Assembly: GCA_003697105.1 (NCBI GenBank)
Contig: RFFQ01000012.1
Coordinates: 5,434-69,433, forward strand
Reading direction: 5' to 3'
Origin: Gemmatimonadota bacterium
Lineage (GTDB): Bacteria; 4572-55; J002
Length of the DNA: 64,000 nucleotides
Below are positions 46,072 to 55,719 of this stretch, one piece after another (position 1 is the stretch's first letter; every line of letters begins with the position of its first letter). Under the pieces are notes generated by a model. The model searched no databases and had not been told where the DNA came from. It worked only from the letters and a program-made list of their open reading frames with translations. Position numbers and translations under genes: made by a program.

Positions 46072-46164
46072 TTTTCAATTAATGATGACAAATGAATAAT
46101 GATGAATGACCCACTCCCCAATCAGGATTTAGGGATTAGGATTTAGGGGTTCATGTAATTCCCC

Positions 46165-46260
46165 AACTCACCAACTCCCAAACTCCCAAACTCCCAAACT
46201 CCCAAACTCCTAAACTCCCAAACTCCCAAACTCCTAAACTCCCAAACTCCCCAACTCACT
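46165..46260. repeat. Octanucleotide tandem repeat, 12 units (AACTCCCA on +; TGGGAGTT on the exbB/exbD sense strand)
   Basis: The units start at 46165, 173, 181, 189, 197, 205, 213, 221, 229, 237, 245 and 253. Seven are perfect, two read AACTCCTA, and three at the edges are degenerate. The last unit overlaps the exbB stop codon. Confidence 0.95.
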
Positions 46261-46882
46261 ATTTTTTATTTTTCAGTAAGTTACCAATGTGAGTCGAACA
46301 GCGATCTATATCATCAAGTAGGCGTTCTGTGCGTCGCCAAATAACGGTGTACGCAATCAGGCAAGGAATTGCAACAATCAACCCGAAAGCGGTGGTATTC
46401 ATCGCTTTGGAGATACCTTGAGTCAATTCCATGGCACGAGCGGCGGCACTAGCCGTCCCCACTGCCGAAAAGGAATCCATTAAACCAATGATAGTGCCCA
46501 ACAATCCCAGCAACGTGGCAATCTGAGCCAGCATCGACAGGTAGGGGGTCCGTGCTTCGAGTAAGGGCAATTCCGCTAGTGTCGCTTCTTCCAACGCATC
46601 CTCGACGGGTAACTCATCTTCTTGAAAAGCTAACAAACCGGCAAGTATAATCCGTGAAAAGACGGTGGGATGGTCGCGGCAATAACGAATTGCTTTATCA
46701 AGGTTATCTACCCGAATATCACGGGCGATCTCATTGATAAAATAGTCAACACGGGTACGATGCGGCAAAAAAATGACCATCACCCGCTCAATAGTGATCG
46801 CCACTGCTACAGCGGAGACCGCTAAAATCAGGTACATAAAAACGCCGCCATCCTGAAAGGCACGAGCGACCAGTTCGATCAT
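46259..46882 (-). CDS. exbB: MotA/TolQ/ExbB proton-channel family protein
   Basis: 207 aa with three TM segments and 'LGLLGTIIGLMDSF' / 'TTAFGLIVAIPCLIAY'. Confidence 0.88.
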   Translation of the reverse strand: MIELVARAFQDGGVFMYLILAVSAVAVAITIERVMVIFLPHRTRVDYFINEIARDIRVDNLDKAIRYCRDHPTVFSRIILAGLLAFQEDELPVEDALEEATLAELPLLEARTPYLSMLAQIATLLGLLGTIIGLMDSFSAVGTASAAARAMELTQGISKAMNTTAFGLIVAIPCLIAYTVIWRRTERLLDDIDRCSTHIGNLLKNKK

Positions 46883-46891
46883 AGGGAGTCC

Positions 46892-47344
46892 TCACCATAT
46901 TAAATAGATTAAGCCCGAAAGTAACAAACTTCCGCCGGCAGCATAGCCTAACTGCCGGGCGGCATTCGTTTGGTCTTGATTGTGTAGAACCCAAGCGGCG
47001 GAGCCGAAACCCACGCCAGCCGCAGCGGTACTCCACATGATAGCGCGTGAAAGACGAAAATTGGGAGAGGTCGCCGTCAAGAGGGCATCGGAATCCGGGT
47101 GGAGGGGTTTTTCCAGTGCTTCTAGGTTCGGTTCGAGGGGATTCAGGGGTACTATTTTTTTCTGTAATGGTATTGCTGCTGGTTGGGATTCTACGGCGCC
47201 TTCGATCTGTGCCGCCTCCATAATCATGGTTTCACCCGCTTTTGAGGTATCTTGGGATGCGGTTTCTTGCGCCGAAGCACCGAACACGCACCCCAAGAGA
47301 ATCACTAACACGAGGGAGAATCGATGGAAGACATTCATCATCAA
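46892..47344 (-). CDS. Hypothetical secreted/membrane protein
   Basis: 150 aa with a signal peptide ('LVILLGCVFGASAQ'), a Pro/Glu-rich middle and two C-terminal hydrophobic helices. It is the first gene of the exbB-exbD string. Confidence 0.6.
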   Translation of the reverse strand: MMMNVFHRFSLVLVILLGCVFGASAQETASQDTSKAGETMIMEAAQIEGAVESQPAAIPLQKKIVPLNPLEPNLEALEKPLHPDSDALLTATSPNFRLSRAIMWSTAAAGVGFGSAAWVLHNQDQTNAARQLGYAAGGSLLLSGLIYLIW

Positions 47345-47397
47345 TCCCTTACAATGGAGATGAGCCAGCGGAGATGTTCAGCCGTATCTTGTTCAGG

Positions 47398-48327
47398 TTA
47401 GCCTTCCTGCGACTCCAACCACCGTTCGGCATCAATCGCCGCCATACAACCTGTTCCGGCGGCAGTAATTGCCTGACGATAATAGGAATCTTGCACATCA
47501 CCACAAGCAAACACGCCTTCAATATTGGTTTTGGTTGATTTGGGCTGGGTGATCAAATACCCGACCTCATCCATATCCAATATCCCTTTGAAAAGGTCTG
47601 TATTGGGTTTGTGACCAATCGCCATAAAGACGCCATCAATGGGCATTTCGCGGGTTTCGTTGGTTTTGACATTTTTCAACCGTACCCCGGTCACATTTTT
47701 CTCACCTAAAATTTCATCAATAACCGTATCCCAAATGAACTCAATTTTTTCGTTCTTCATGGCACGCTCTTGCATGATTTTGGAGGCGCGCAGTTCGTTA
47801 CGGCGGTGCACCACATACACTTTGGAGGCAAACCGGGTCAAAAAGGTGGCTTCTTCCATGGCGGTATCGCCCCCGCCAACGACGATGACCGCTTTATCGC
47901 GGAAAAAGGCGCCATCACAGGTGGCACAGGCAGAAACCCCGAAGCCCATCAGGCGTTTTTCGGATTCCAAACCCAGTAATTTGGCAGTAGCGCCTGTCGC
48001 CACAATCACCGCTTTGGCGAAATAATCGTTTCCGTCATCCGCACTGATTTTGAAGGGTCGCTGGGAAAAGTCAACCGCGGTCACTTCACCGAAAATGGAC
48101 TCCGTCCCAAAGCGAAGGGCTTGTTTCTTAAATTTTTCCATCATTTCGGGACCCATGATCCCATTTTCAAAACCGGGATAATTTTCCACATCGGTTGTGA
48201 TGGTGAGCTGACCGCCGGGTTGCATACCTTCAAATACCAACGGCTTTAAGTTTGCGCGGGCGGTATAAATAGCCGCGGTCCAACCCGCCGCCCCCGCACC
48301 AATAATAATCACATTGCGAATATCCAT
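47398..48327 (-). CDS. trxB: Thioredoxin-disulfide reductase
   Basis: It has '[16 protein letters not shown]', the redox site 'CATCDG', '[12 protein letters not shown]' and 'HRRNELRA'. The start is ATG 48327, with AAGGAG upstream. Confidence 0.93.
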   Translation of the reverse strand: MDIRNVIIIGAGAAGWTAAIYTARANLKPLVFEGMQPGGQLTITTDVENYPGFENGIMGPEMMEKFKKQALRFGTESIFGEVTAVDFSQRPFKISADDGNDYFAKAVIVATGATAKLLGLESEKRLMGFGVSACATCDGAFFRDKAVIVVGGGDTAMEEATFLTRFASKVYVVHRRNELRASKIMQERAMKNEKIEFIWDTVIDEILGEKNVTGVRLKNVKTNETREMPIDGVFMAIGHKPNTDLFKGILDMDEVGYLITQPKSTKTNIEGVFACGDVQDSYYRQAITAAGTGCMAAIDAERWLESQEG

Positions 48328-48380
48328 TACACAAACTCCTTCAGTGATATAAATCATGAAAAAATAAGATGGTATTGCGA

Positions 48381-49202
48381 TTAATTATGTTGCATTTGCT
48401 CCCGCCAATCGACCTTCTTCAAGCCTTCCGGCAGTTTGAAGAGTGCCGCATCCACGTTTGTTTCTTCAATTTGGCGAAGCTCACTGGTTTCCACCACGTG
48501 ATCCCCTTCATACGTGACCGTTTTAACCGGAACACCACTGTACATCAGCTTTTCTTCGGCTTCAGCAGAGCCATAGGCGTAAATCTCATCCCGGTCTGGA
48601 TTCAGTTTGGCAAAAAAGTCAGCCATTTTCTGTAACGTCGCAAAATCATGCCCGGTTATTCCGAGTTTGGTTTCATCTGCCGCCCAAACAGTTTCGATTT
48701 TTGTATCATCTTCATACCCGTCGTACACATCACACACCCATGTGCCTATTTTTTCCCCAGAGCGTATTTTTTTGTACACCACCGGTGGTTTCTCATCCGG
48801 CATATACACCCCCATCATGTCTTCCATCATTTGGCGTTGTTCTGGGGGCAACTGTTTCAGTTGTTCTTCCATCAGGCGCTGTTGTTCCGTCATGGCGGCA
48901 TTCACTTGCTCACCTACCGCTTCAATATCCGCTTTGGTCATTTCTGTATAGGTTTTGTCCTTCAAATTGATAGACCAGACCACCTCTTTCGCGGCATCAA
49001 AAATAAAGATGGCTTGATCTTCGACGGATTCAAACCGCAAATGATCCCCATCTATAAAAATCTTTTCGGTTAAGGTCTGTCCAGACACCTCGTTTGTAGT
49101 GGTATGAACTGCCGCAATCCCAGCAAAACCATCACTCGAAATTCCCAGATTGAGAAGTAACAACAGTGAGACCACCGTTAAATAGCGCATAGTAAAAAAC
49201 AT
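48381..49202 (-). CDS. Secreted protein, DUF4412-like
   Basis: 273 aa with a signal peptide. The layout (N-terminal beta region, Glu/Gln/Met-rich helix '[25 protein letters not shown]', C-terminal beta region) resembles DUF4412 proteins. This assignment is from memory only. Confidence 0.55.
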   Translation of the reverse strand: MFFTMRYLTVVSLLLLLNLGISSDGFAGIAAVHTTTNEVSGQTLTEKIFIDGDHLRFESVEDQAIFIFDAAKEVVWSINLKDKTYTEMTKADIEAVGEQVNAAMTEQQRLMEEQLKQLPPEQRQMMEDMMGVYMPDEKPPVVYKKIRSGEKIGTWVCDVYDGYEDDTKIETVWAADETKLGITGHDFATLQKMADFFAKLNPDRDEIYAYGSAEAEEKLMYSGVPVKTVTYEGDHVVETSELRQIEETNVDAALFKLPEGLKKVDWREQMQHN

Positions 49203-49383
49203 CCTTTCTTGGCAAAAGAGAAAAATTGATAAATTTAAGAGCCTTCAAAATAGTGTTTTTTGTCATTCTCTGTCAAGCCTTCCTTTTGGATTTCGCTTGA
49301 TCTTCAACGGGAATCATGCTAAGTTGCCGATGTCTCAATTCTATCACCGACAGTTCACGGTTCATGTTCAGGGAGTTCAAGTG

Positions 49384-49858
49384 ATGCGGAAATTCCTTTT
49401 TCTGACCTTTTTTAGGGATATGTGTCACCAGTTGTGATTCCGATGATAGCCGCCCCACCGGAACCCCCCCCCCTCCATTACCGAGCAAGGTTTCGATCCC
49501 CGGTACAACTTACTGGTGGAATGATACCGTCTTTTACGAAATTTTTGTACGTAGTTTTTACGACAGTGATGGCGATGATACCGGTGATTTTGCCGGTCTG
49601 ATTGACAAACTGGATTATCTGAACGATGGAAACCCCAACGCCACGACCGATTACAAAGGTATTAAACTGGATGCGATGACAGTCGGGGAAGCATGGGATA
49701 ACACCAGTGTGGTCCGTGGTTATGCGGAGAGCGGACTCGACTTTTGTTTTGAATTCGATCTGGCAACGGCGATTTTAAATGCCGTCAATAGCGGTGCCCC
49801 GGATTATATTCAATCCCAACTGGAAATCGTAGCAGATGCCTACCCCTACCACCAATAA
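49384..49858 (+). pseudogene. Decayed GH13 alpha-amylase-family lipoprotein gene (frameshift, internal deletions and truncation)
   Basis: An AGGGAG SD precedes ATG 49384, giving MRKFLFLTFF. A +1 shift in a T6 run (49408..49413) then restores LGICVTSCDSDD (lipobox). This is followed by 'WWNDTVFYEIFVRSFYDSDGDDTGDFAGLIDKLDYLNDGNPNATTD', which joins directly to 'KLDAMTVGEAWD...FCFEFDLA', and a stop follows about 150 codons in. GH13 regions I and IV are missing. Confidence 0.75.
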
Positions 49859-49870
49859 GGTAACCTCACC

Positions 49871-51091
49871 ATGAAAACGGTTCTGCAATGGCTGTTGCTG
49901 ATCAGCTTGATGTTGGTTGCTAGCGGAAAAAGCCAACCGGTACGGACAATTACCAGCAGTGCCGAATTGCAAGCCCTTTTTGCCGAACCTGTTGACTCAT
50001 TGCAAATTTATCTTCTGCGGGGTACGTACGAGTTGCAACCGCAGACGATTATCGATTCCAGTTGTGGTAACTGTGAAGACCCTGCCACACCGGTGGAAGC
50101 AACCGTCGGGTTACAGATTAGCGGGAAGCATGTGGTTCTTGCCGGCGTCGCCGACCGGTCGGCAATTCTTCAGACCAACGCGGGATACGGAATTTTCTTC
50201 AACGATTGTCAAGATTGCCGGCTGGAAAATCTCCAAATTACCGGTGGCATCCGTGACCCAGACCCTAACGCGACAAATGCGGCGGTCGTTGTCAAAAACA
50301 GCACGGTGACAATCCAAAAAAACCGTATTTTTGCCAACATCGGCGATTCCAGTCGAGTTAATGAGACTGTTGTGGGTATTATGGGCATTGCCGGACGGGA
50401 AAATGCTCTCATTAACATTTTTGATAATGAGATTGTGCAAAATTCATGGGATGGGATCGCGCTTTATCGTGGAGCTTCGGCCCATATTGCCCGCAATTTA
50501 ATTGACGGCGTCGATCAGGTACGCGGGCGGCAAATTGGTGGAGGACGCGGTGTTGGCATCGGTGTGACATGGAATGCGGATGCCATCATTGAAGATAATT
50601 TAATCCGGCGTTATTGGAAAGGCATTGGCCTATTTGTAGATGCCAACGGTATTGTTCGCCGCAACATTGTGGAAAATATTCTGACATGGGGTATGAGCCT
50701 GTGGGATGCCGGAAAAGGCAAGCCGGTCGGTGTTTTTCTGGATAATGTCATCTACCAGACGGGCGCTTGCGGGATGTCCATCACCCGGCAATTACCGGGA
50801 CAAAATCCGGGAATGATCATCGGGAATATCATCATTCAAACGGGTCAGAATCCCATGTACGATGCACCGGATTACTACTGCTACCAGTGCCCACTGGCAC
50901 TCCATGCCGTACCCCGCACGTTTGATATCGAACAAAATCTATTTTATGATAACCGGCGTGGGTCCCCTGATCTACCCGACACGGATCTGAGTCCCGAGGC
51001 ATTCCAACAAGCGTTGCAGTCGCGCTGCGAATCCCTGAAAGCCCACCCGTGGCACGAAAAATCCAGCATGGTGAAACAATTTTGTCCTTAA
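49871..51091 (+). CDS. Secreted right-handed parallel beta-helix repeat protein (NosD/pectin-lyase-fold-like)
   Basis: 406 aa with a signal peptide and a repeating 'N.I..N...GI.l' periodicity ('NRIFANIGD', 'NEIVQNSWDGIAL', 'NLIRRYWKGIGL', 'NIVENILTWGMSL'). Confidence 0.7.
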   Translation: MKTVLQWLLLISLMLVASGKSQPVRTITSSAELQALFAEPVDSLQIYLLRGTYELQPQTIIDSSCGNCEDPATPVEATVGLQISGKHVVLAGVADRSAILQTNAGYGIFFNDCQDCRLENLQITGGIRDPDPNATNAAVVVKNSTVTIQKNRIFANIGDSSRVNETVVGIMGIAGRENALINIFDNEIVQNSWDGIALYRGASAHIARNLIDGVDQVRGRQIGGGRGVGIGVTWNADAIIEDNLIRRYWKGIGLFVDANGIVRRNIVENILTWGMSLWDAGKGKPVGVFLDNVIYQTGACGMSITRQLPGQNPGMIIGNIIIQTGQNPMYDAPDYYCYQCPLALHAVPRTFDIEQNLFYDNRRGSPDLPDTDLSPEAFQQALQSRCESLKAHPWHEKSSMVKQFCP

Positions 51092-51121
51092 CCGTGATTC
51101 ACTTTTATTTGGAGAACAAAA

Positions 51122-51349
51122 ATGGCAGATTGCAAATACATAGAAGCGTGTCCGTTCTTTAACGAAAAATTGCCAAATATGCCGGCCATGACAAAACTCA
51201 TCAAAAAGCAGTATTGTCATGGAAATTTCACGGAGTGCGCCCGGCTCATCGCCTACGAAGCGACCGGTATCGAAGTGCTACCGAATACCATGTACCCCAA
51301 TGACAGCAAAGCCGCACAAGCATTTATCCAAGAACATCAAAAAAAGTAA
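51122..51349 (+). CDS. Small conserved-looking Cys-rich protein (C-x5-C ... C-x6-C)
   Basis: 75 aa: 'MADCKYIEACPFFNEKL...KKQYCHGNFTECARL'. GGAGAA lies upstream. I have no family name. Confidence 0.55.
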   Translation: MADCKYIEACPFFNEKLPNMPAMTKLIKKQYCHGNFTECARLIAYEATGIEVLPNTMYPNDSKAAQAFIQEHQKK

Positions 51350-51449
51350 GACTGTGTCATCAGATAGGCTCATCTACCGCCCCAATATTCCGCCAGATTC
51401 GGCGTATTGAGCGAGCCGAAATAACACCACCATAATAATTCAAATGAAA

Positions 51450-51483
51450 GAGGCAAAGACGGATAATCTTTGCCTCATTTTTT
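51450..51483 (+). terminator. Intrinsic terminator upstream of the POT transporter start
   Basis: GAGGCAAAG-(9 nt)-CTTTGCCTC followed by ATTTTTT. It lies inside the track ORF's N-terminal extension, which argues for the TTG start at 51513. Confidence 0.7.
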
Positions 51484-51512
51484 CCAAACCCTTCAACCTA
51501 AAGGAGACTCCA

Positions 51513-52853
51513 TTGGCGAAGACTCAACCAAAATATCCTCCCGGCATTCCGTACATCATCGGGAATGAATTTGCAGAGCGATTCAGTTATTACGGCATGA
51601 AGACCATCCTCGTGGTTTTTATGACCCAATACCTGATGAGTAACAGCGGCACCCTAGACCCGATGTCTGAAGCAGACGCCAAATATTGGTACCACATGTT
51701 CAGTATGGCAAACTATTTTTTCCCCATTATTGGGGCGATTATCTCCGATATTTTTTGGGGGAAGTACAAAACGATCATCAATTTGTCGATTGTTTACTGT
51801 CTGGGACACCTGTTTTTGGGGTTGTTCGAGACGCGGTTCGGATTAGCCATGGGTTTGACCCTAATCGCTATTGGTTCCGGCGGGATTAAACCCTGTGTTT
51901 CAGCTCATGTGGGTGATCAATTTAGTGAGAAAAACAAGTCATTATTGACAAAAATGTTCAGCAATTTCTACTTGGCGATCAATATTGGGGCGGCAACCTC
52001 TTCCCTACTGACACCCGTCTTATTAGAAATATATGGACCCCACATCGCCTTTGGGTTACCGGGCGTGTTAATGCTCATTGCCACGATCATCTTTTGGATG
52101 GGCCGGAATAAGTTTGTCGCCATGCCGCCGGTGGGTATTGAACAATACAAACGTGATTTGCTGAGCCCCCAAGGAAAAAAAGCGCTGAAAAATCTGAGCT
52201 TGATTTACTTGTTTGTGTCTATTTTTTGGTCTTTGTTTGATCAAACAGGTTCATCATGGGTTTTGCAAGCCCAACACATGGATCGGTGGGTGAATTTGGG
52301 TTTTGTTCAATTTGAGTTGCTTTCTTCGCAGATACAAGCGTTCAATCCGGTGCTGATCATCATTTTAATCCCTACATTTGCCTATGTGGTCTATCCGTTT
52401 GCCAATCGCTTTTTTGATTTTACGGCATTGCGGCGAATGTCTGTTGGTTTTTTTGTTGCGGCAGCCTCATTTGCGCTTTGTGCGGTGGCGCAAAGCTTGA
52501 TCGATGGCGGCGGGACTCCAAGCATTCTCTGGCAATTTTTCGCCTATTTTCTGATCACGATTGCGGAAATTCTGATCTCCATCACCGCGTTGGAATTTGC
52601 TTATACGCAGGCACCCCATAACATGAAATCGTTTATCATGGGGTTTTACTTGCTTTCGATTTCGCTGGGGAATTTCGTGACAGCGATGGTGAATCATTTC
52701 ATCCAAAACCCGGATGGCAGTTCCAAATTGGCTGGTGCCGCCTATTTTTGGTTTTTTGTGGTGCTAGTCAGCATCACCGGTTTTATCTTTATGTTTATTT
52801 CGCGACATTATAAAGAAGAGATTTATTTGCAATCGCGGGAGAAACTCGGATAA
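51513..52853 (+). CDS. POT/PTR2-family proton-dependent oligopeptide transporter (MFS)
   Basis: It shows 'GNEFAERFSYYGMKTILVVFM' (ExxERFxYY) and 'IGSGGIKPCVSAHVGDQF'. It has a TTG start with AAGGAG 6 nt upstream. Confidence 0.88.
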   Translation: MAKTQPKYPPGIPYIIGNEFAERFSYYGMKTILVVFMTQYLMSNSGTLDPMSEADAKYWYHMFSMANYFFPIIGAIISDIFWGKYKTIINLSIVYCLGHLFLGLFETRFGLAMGLTLIAIGSGGIKPCVSAHVGDQFSEKNKSLLTKMFSNFYLAINIGAATSSLLTPVLLEIYGPHIAFGLPGVLMLIATIIFWMGRNKFVAMPPVGIEQYKRDLLSPQGKKALKNLSLIYLFVSIFWSLFDQTGSSWVLQAQHMDRWVNLGFVQFELLSSQIQAFNPVLIIILIPTFAYVVYPFANRFFDFTALRRMSVGFFVAAASFALCAVAQSLIDGGGTPSILWQFFAYFLITIAEILISITALEFAYTQAPHNMKSFIMGFYLLSISLGNFVTAMVNHFIQNPDGSSKLAGAAYFWFFVVLVSITGFIFMFISRHYKEEIYLQSREKLG

Positions 52854-52876
52854 CGGGTAGAAACCGGAAAAAATAA

Positions 52877-52905
52877 CAGGCGACTCTTTGCGGAGTCGCC
52901 TTTTT
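52877..52905. terminator. Bidirectional intrinsic terminator between the convergent POT and lipoprotein genes
   Basis: AGGCGACTC-(6 nt)-GAGTCGCCT is flanked by an A-run upstream and TTTTTT downstream. Confidence 0.75.
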
Positions 52906-53030
52906 TAGTGGTTATCATAGTGGAATTTTGGCTTACGGGATTTACCCAGTTCCGAGGTTCCATTTCGGGGGCAATCCTCTACCAAATTCACGGAGGAATC
53001 ATCGTGAAAATTCAAACCGTTTTTTACCGG

Positions 53031-53831
53031 TTATTTTTCCGGGGAGATCAAATACTGTACATTTTCTGGAAGGCGGAAATTAAAATCATCATCTTTAATG
53101 GCACGGTTCAATTCTTGATCGCGGAAGCTAAGTTGCACGGACTCCCCGGTCGTTGGACGCTCAATACGGATGCGTTGCGGGCGCCAATGGGTAAAAATCT
53201 GGGTATAATCCTCCAGTACCATGCGGTAGATGAGGGTATTGGCGCGGTCTAAGCGTTGGATTTCCACCGGATTGAGGGTTTCCGGTTCTAACCAGTAGTA
53301 GAATGTTCCGGTTGCCTGAGTGACGGTCAAAAGATAATATTGCCCATCCGCCCGCACGGAGGAAGACCCAATATCATCCCACAGAAACGCCAAGCCCCCG
53401 TCCAGTAGCGCAAAGAGGTCATCAAAATTGATTTCTGCCCCGATGATATTCGCTAATTCGTTGGAATCGGTGGTGGTTTCAATCAGTGTATTTTCCACCG
53501 GCACATAAACGCGCACTGAATCCTGTTTAATGGTAACAATAGCTCCTAAAATTCCCAAGGGACCGAAAATATCCAGCCGCAGATGATCCGGTTTGCGAAA
53601 GAGGAGCGCCCCGTTAAAGACATTCCGTTGGTGGTCTCTCTCGATGTGGATTTTTGTGACAGCCCGTAGCGTGCGGAAAGCGGCGCTTCGCTGGCGGAGA
53701 GTCGTGATGATTGATTTATCGGTCTGTTTGAGAATTACCGGCGCTGTGGAGCGTATTTGGCGGGAACATCCCCCTGAAGAGAGGGCAAGGAAGAGGCTGA
53801 GGAGGAGGAGCCCGAAGAATTTACTGGGCAT
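53031..53831 (-). CDS. Outer-membrane lipoprotein, LolA/LolB-like (DUF4292-like)
   Basis: 266 aa with a lipobox ('LSSGG|C'). It follows a TPR protein gene, an arrangement common for DUF4292. This is recognition-level only. Confidence 0.6.
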   Translation of the reverse strand: MPSKFFGLLLLSLFLALSSGGCSRQIRSTAPVILKQTDKSIITTLRQRSAAFRTLRAVTKIHIERDHQRNVFNGALLFRKPDHLRLDIFGPLGILGAIVTIKQDSVRVYVPVENTLIETTTDSNELANIIGAEINFDDLFALLDGGLAFLWDDIGSSSVRADGQYYLLTVTQATGTFYYWLEPETLNPVEIQRLDRANTLIYRMVLEDYTQIFTHWRPQRIRIERPTTGESVQLSFRDQELNRAIKDDDFNFRLPENVQYLISPEK

Positions 53832-55704
53832 TATCGATTTTCTCCTGAATGGCTGCGGGATTTTCGGGTTTTAATTCCACGGCACGTTGCCACTGCTCTA
53901 TCGCTTTTTGAGTCATACCGAGCGCCTGATAGACATCCCCCAAATGGTCATGAATCACGGGGTCATCCACACCCGTTTGGAGGGCTTTTTCCAGTTGGAG
54001 CCGGGCATCACTCAGCCGTCCCATCTGAAAATAGACCCAGCCCAGACTATCCAGAAAAAAGCCATTTTCTGGCTCTAAATCCACCGCTTTTTGGATCAGT
54101 TCCAGCGATTCCTCCAAATTAATGCCCGCCTCTGCTTGCATATAACCCAGATAATTCAGGACGGTTGCATTTTCCGGGTTGATGTCCAAAATTCGATAAA
54201 ACACCATCGCGGCTTGGTCGAGGTCTCCTAACCGTTCATAGGCAACACCTAACCCAAACAGCACGTTTTCATTTTGGGGATTCGCTTCGAGTGCCTTTTG
54301 ATACGCCACAATTGCTTTTTCATAGGATTTATTTTGACGGTAGGTCGTACCCATCAATTCATAAGGAGAGGTGGTCGGATCATCCAATAACGGAATTGCT
54401 TTTTCAAAGGCGATTTTCGCCATGTTTTCATCTTCCAGACGGAGATAGCAATCTCCAATATTGAGCCATGCTTGGGGCATATTGGGGTCATAGATCAGGG
54501 CGGTTTCAAAACTGACAATGGCTTGTTGGCAATCCCCGGCATTCAGATAAAATCGTCCTTCATAAAAATAAATCGAGGGGTCTTCGGGGTCAATTTTTTG
54601 CGCTTCTCCGAGGGCAAAAAGGGCATCTTCATTCCGGTCTAATTGTTGGTAAGCTAGGGCAAGTTGGGTCCAGGCGTTCACCAAGGTGGGGTCATATTTT
54701 AGGGCGATTTCCAGTTGTTCTACGGCGTTTTCGGGTTTGCCGGCATCTAGGTACACTTCACCAAGCATCATGTACAATACGGGGTCTAATGGATGCAGTT
54801 CAATCAACTTTTCATATTGGGCAATGGCTTTGTCAAATTCCATACCCCAGTGGTAGAAGAGTCCTAATTGGCGCTGAACCTCATAATTATCTCCAACGAC
54901 GTTTTCCATGCCTTCGAGCAAGGTAGCGGCATCGGCAAATCGGCGCTCTTCTACGTACAGGTCCAATAATCGCCGGAGAAATCGCGGATTATCCGGTTCG
55001 AGCCGGACCAAGCTCTCGTATGCCCGGATCGCTTTAGGTTTGTTTTCCTGCGCTTCATACATTCGAGCCAATTTGATGTGAACATCGAACCAATCCCGAT
55101 TCAACATTGCTGCTCGTTCGTAGCTATCCATTGCCAACGGGGTCAGGTCATACTGCTCATAAATTTGCCCGACCCGAAAATAGAGAATCGCCGATTGCAA
55201 ATTACGCTTCATGATCGACTCACAAAAATCAAGAATGTTCCTCGGATCGGGTTCGAGGTCATACAGTTGCAACAATCGCATAAAGATTCCGATCCGGGTT
55301 GAATCCGACTCAATAACCCGCTTATAATTCTCCTTAGCGCAATCCAGCCGGTCGAGCGCGTCGCAAAACTCAGCCAATGCCAGAATCATTTCCACATCGT
55401 CTGGGGCGAATGCAAGCCCTTTTTTAATGGTTTCAATAGCTTGATTGCTACGCCCTGTTTCAAAATAAATGATCGCAATATCACGGTAAACTCGTACCAG
55501 CGAGGGGTCTAATTTGAGTACCGTTTCAAATTTTTCCATTGCCGCTTTGGTATTGCCTGCTTCTTTCAGTAACACTCCTTCCAAATATTGCAGATACGCA
55601 CTGGCACGATTGTCAATATCTTCCACTGAGGTGATTGCCTGTACAGAAGCGGTCAGGCACAGGATAATTAGCGCGGGTATTGTCCAAAAAACCCTACGAT
55701 TCAT
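53821..55704 (-). CDS. Secreted tetratricopeptide-repeat (TPR) protein
   Basis: 627 aa with a signal peptide and at least 12 TPR units (recurrent 'A...Y..AL..DP.n..a...LG'). Confidence 0.88.
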   Translation of the reverse strand: MNRRVFWTIPALIILCLTASVQAITSVEDIDNRASAYLQYLEGVLLKEAGNTKAAMEKFETVLKLDPSLVRVYRDIAIIYFETGRSNQAIETIKKGLAFAPDDVEMILALAEFCDALDRLDCAKENYKRVIESDSTRIGIFMRLLQLYDLEPDPRNILDFCESIMKRNLQSAILYFRVGQIYEQYDLTPLAMDSYERAAMLNRDWFDVHIKLARMYEAQENKPKAIRAYESLVRLEPDNPRFLRRLLDLYVEERRFADAATLLEGMENVVGDNYEVQRQLGLFYHWGMEFDKAIAQYEKLIELHPLDPVLYMMLGEVYLDAGKPENAVEQLEIALKYDPTLVNAWTQLALAYQQLDRNEDALFALGEAQKIDPEDPSIYFYEGRFYLNAGDCQQAIVSFETALIYDPNMPQAWLNIGDCYLRLEDENMAKIAFEKAIPLLDDPTTSPYELMGTTYRQNKSYEKAIVAYQKALEANPQNENVLFGLGVAYERLGDLDQAAMVFYRILDINPENATVLNYLGYMQAEAGINLEESLELIQKAVDLEPENGFFLDSLGWVYFQMGRLSDARLQLEKALQTGVDDPVIHDHLGDVYQALGMTQKAIEQWQRAVELKPENPAAIQEKIDNAQ

Positions 55705-55719
55705 GATAATGCAATCTCC

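Noticed and set aside
46072-46261. The 8-nt repeat array as a CRISPR array or as a coding Gly/Trp-rich repeat
   Set aside because: The units are contiguous with no spacers and are only 8 nt long, so this is not a CRISPR array. The period is not a multiple of 3. Two sense frames hit TAG in the AACTCCTA variants. The one open frame is only about 43 codons, with no SD or ATG.
49273-49488. Track ORF of 71 aa (minus) in front of the GH13 remnant
   Set aside because: It overlaps the SD, start and signal-peptide region of the + strand pseudogene and the divergent promoter region. I see no motif.
52908-53252. Track ORF of 114 aa (+) after the POT terminator
   Set aside because: It starts inside the terminator T-run and runs antisense into the LolA/DUF4292-like lipoprotein gene. 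It has no SD.
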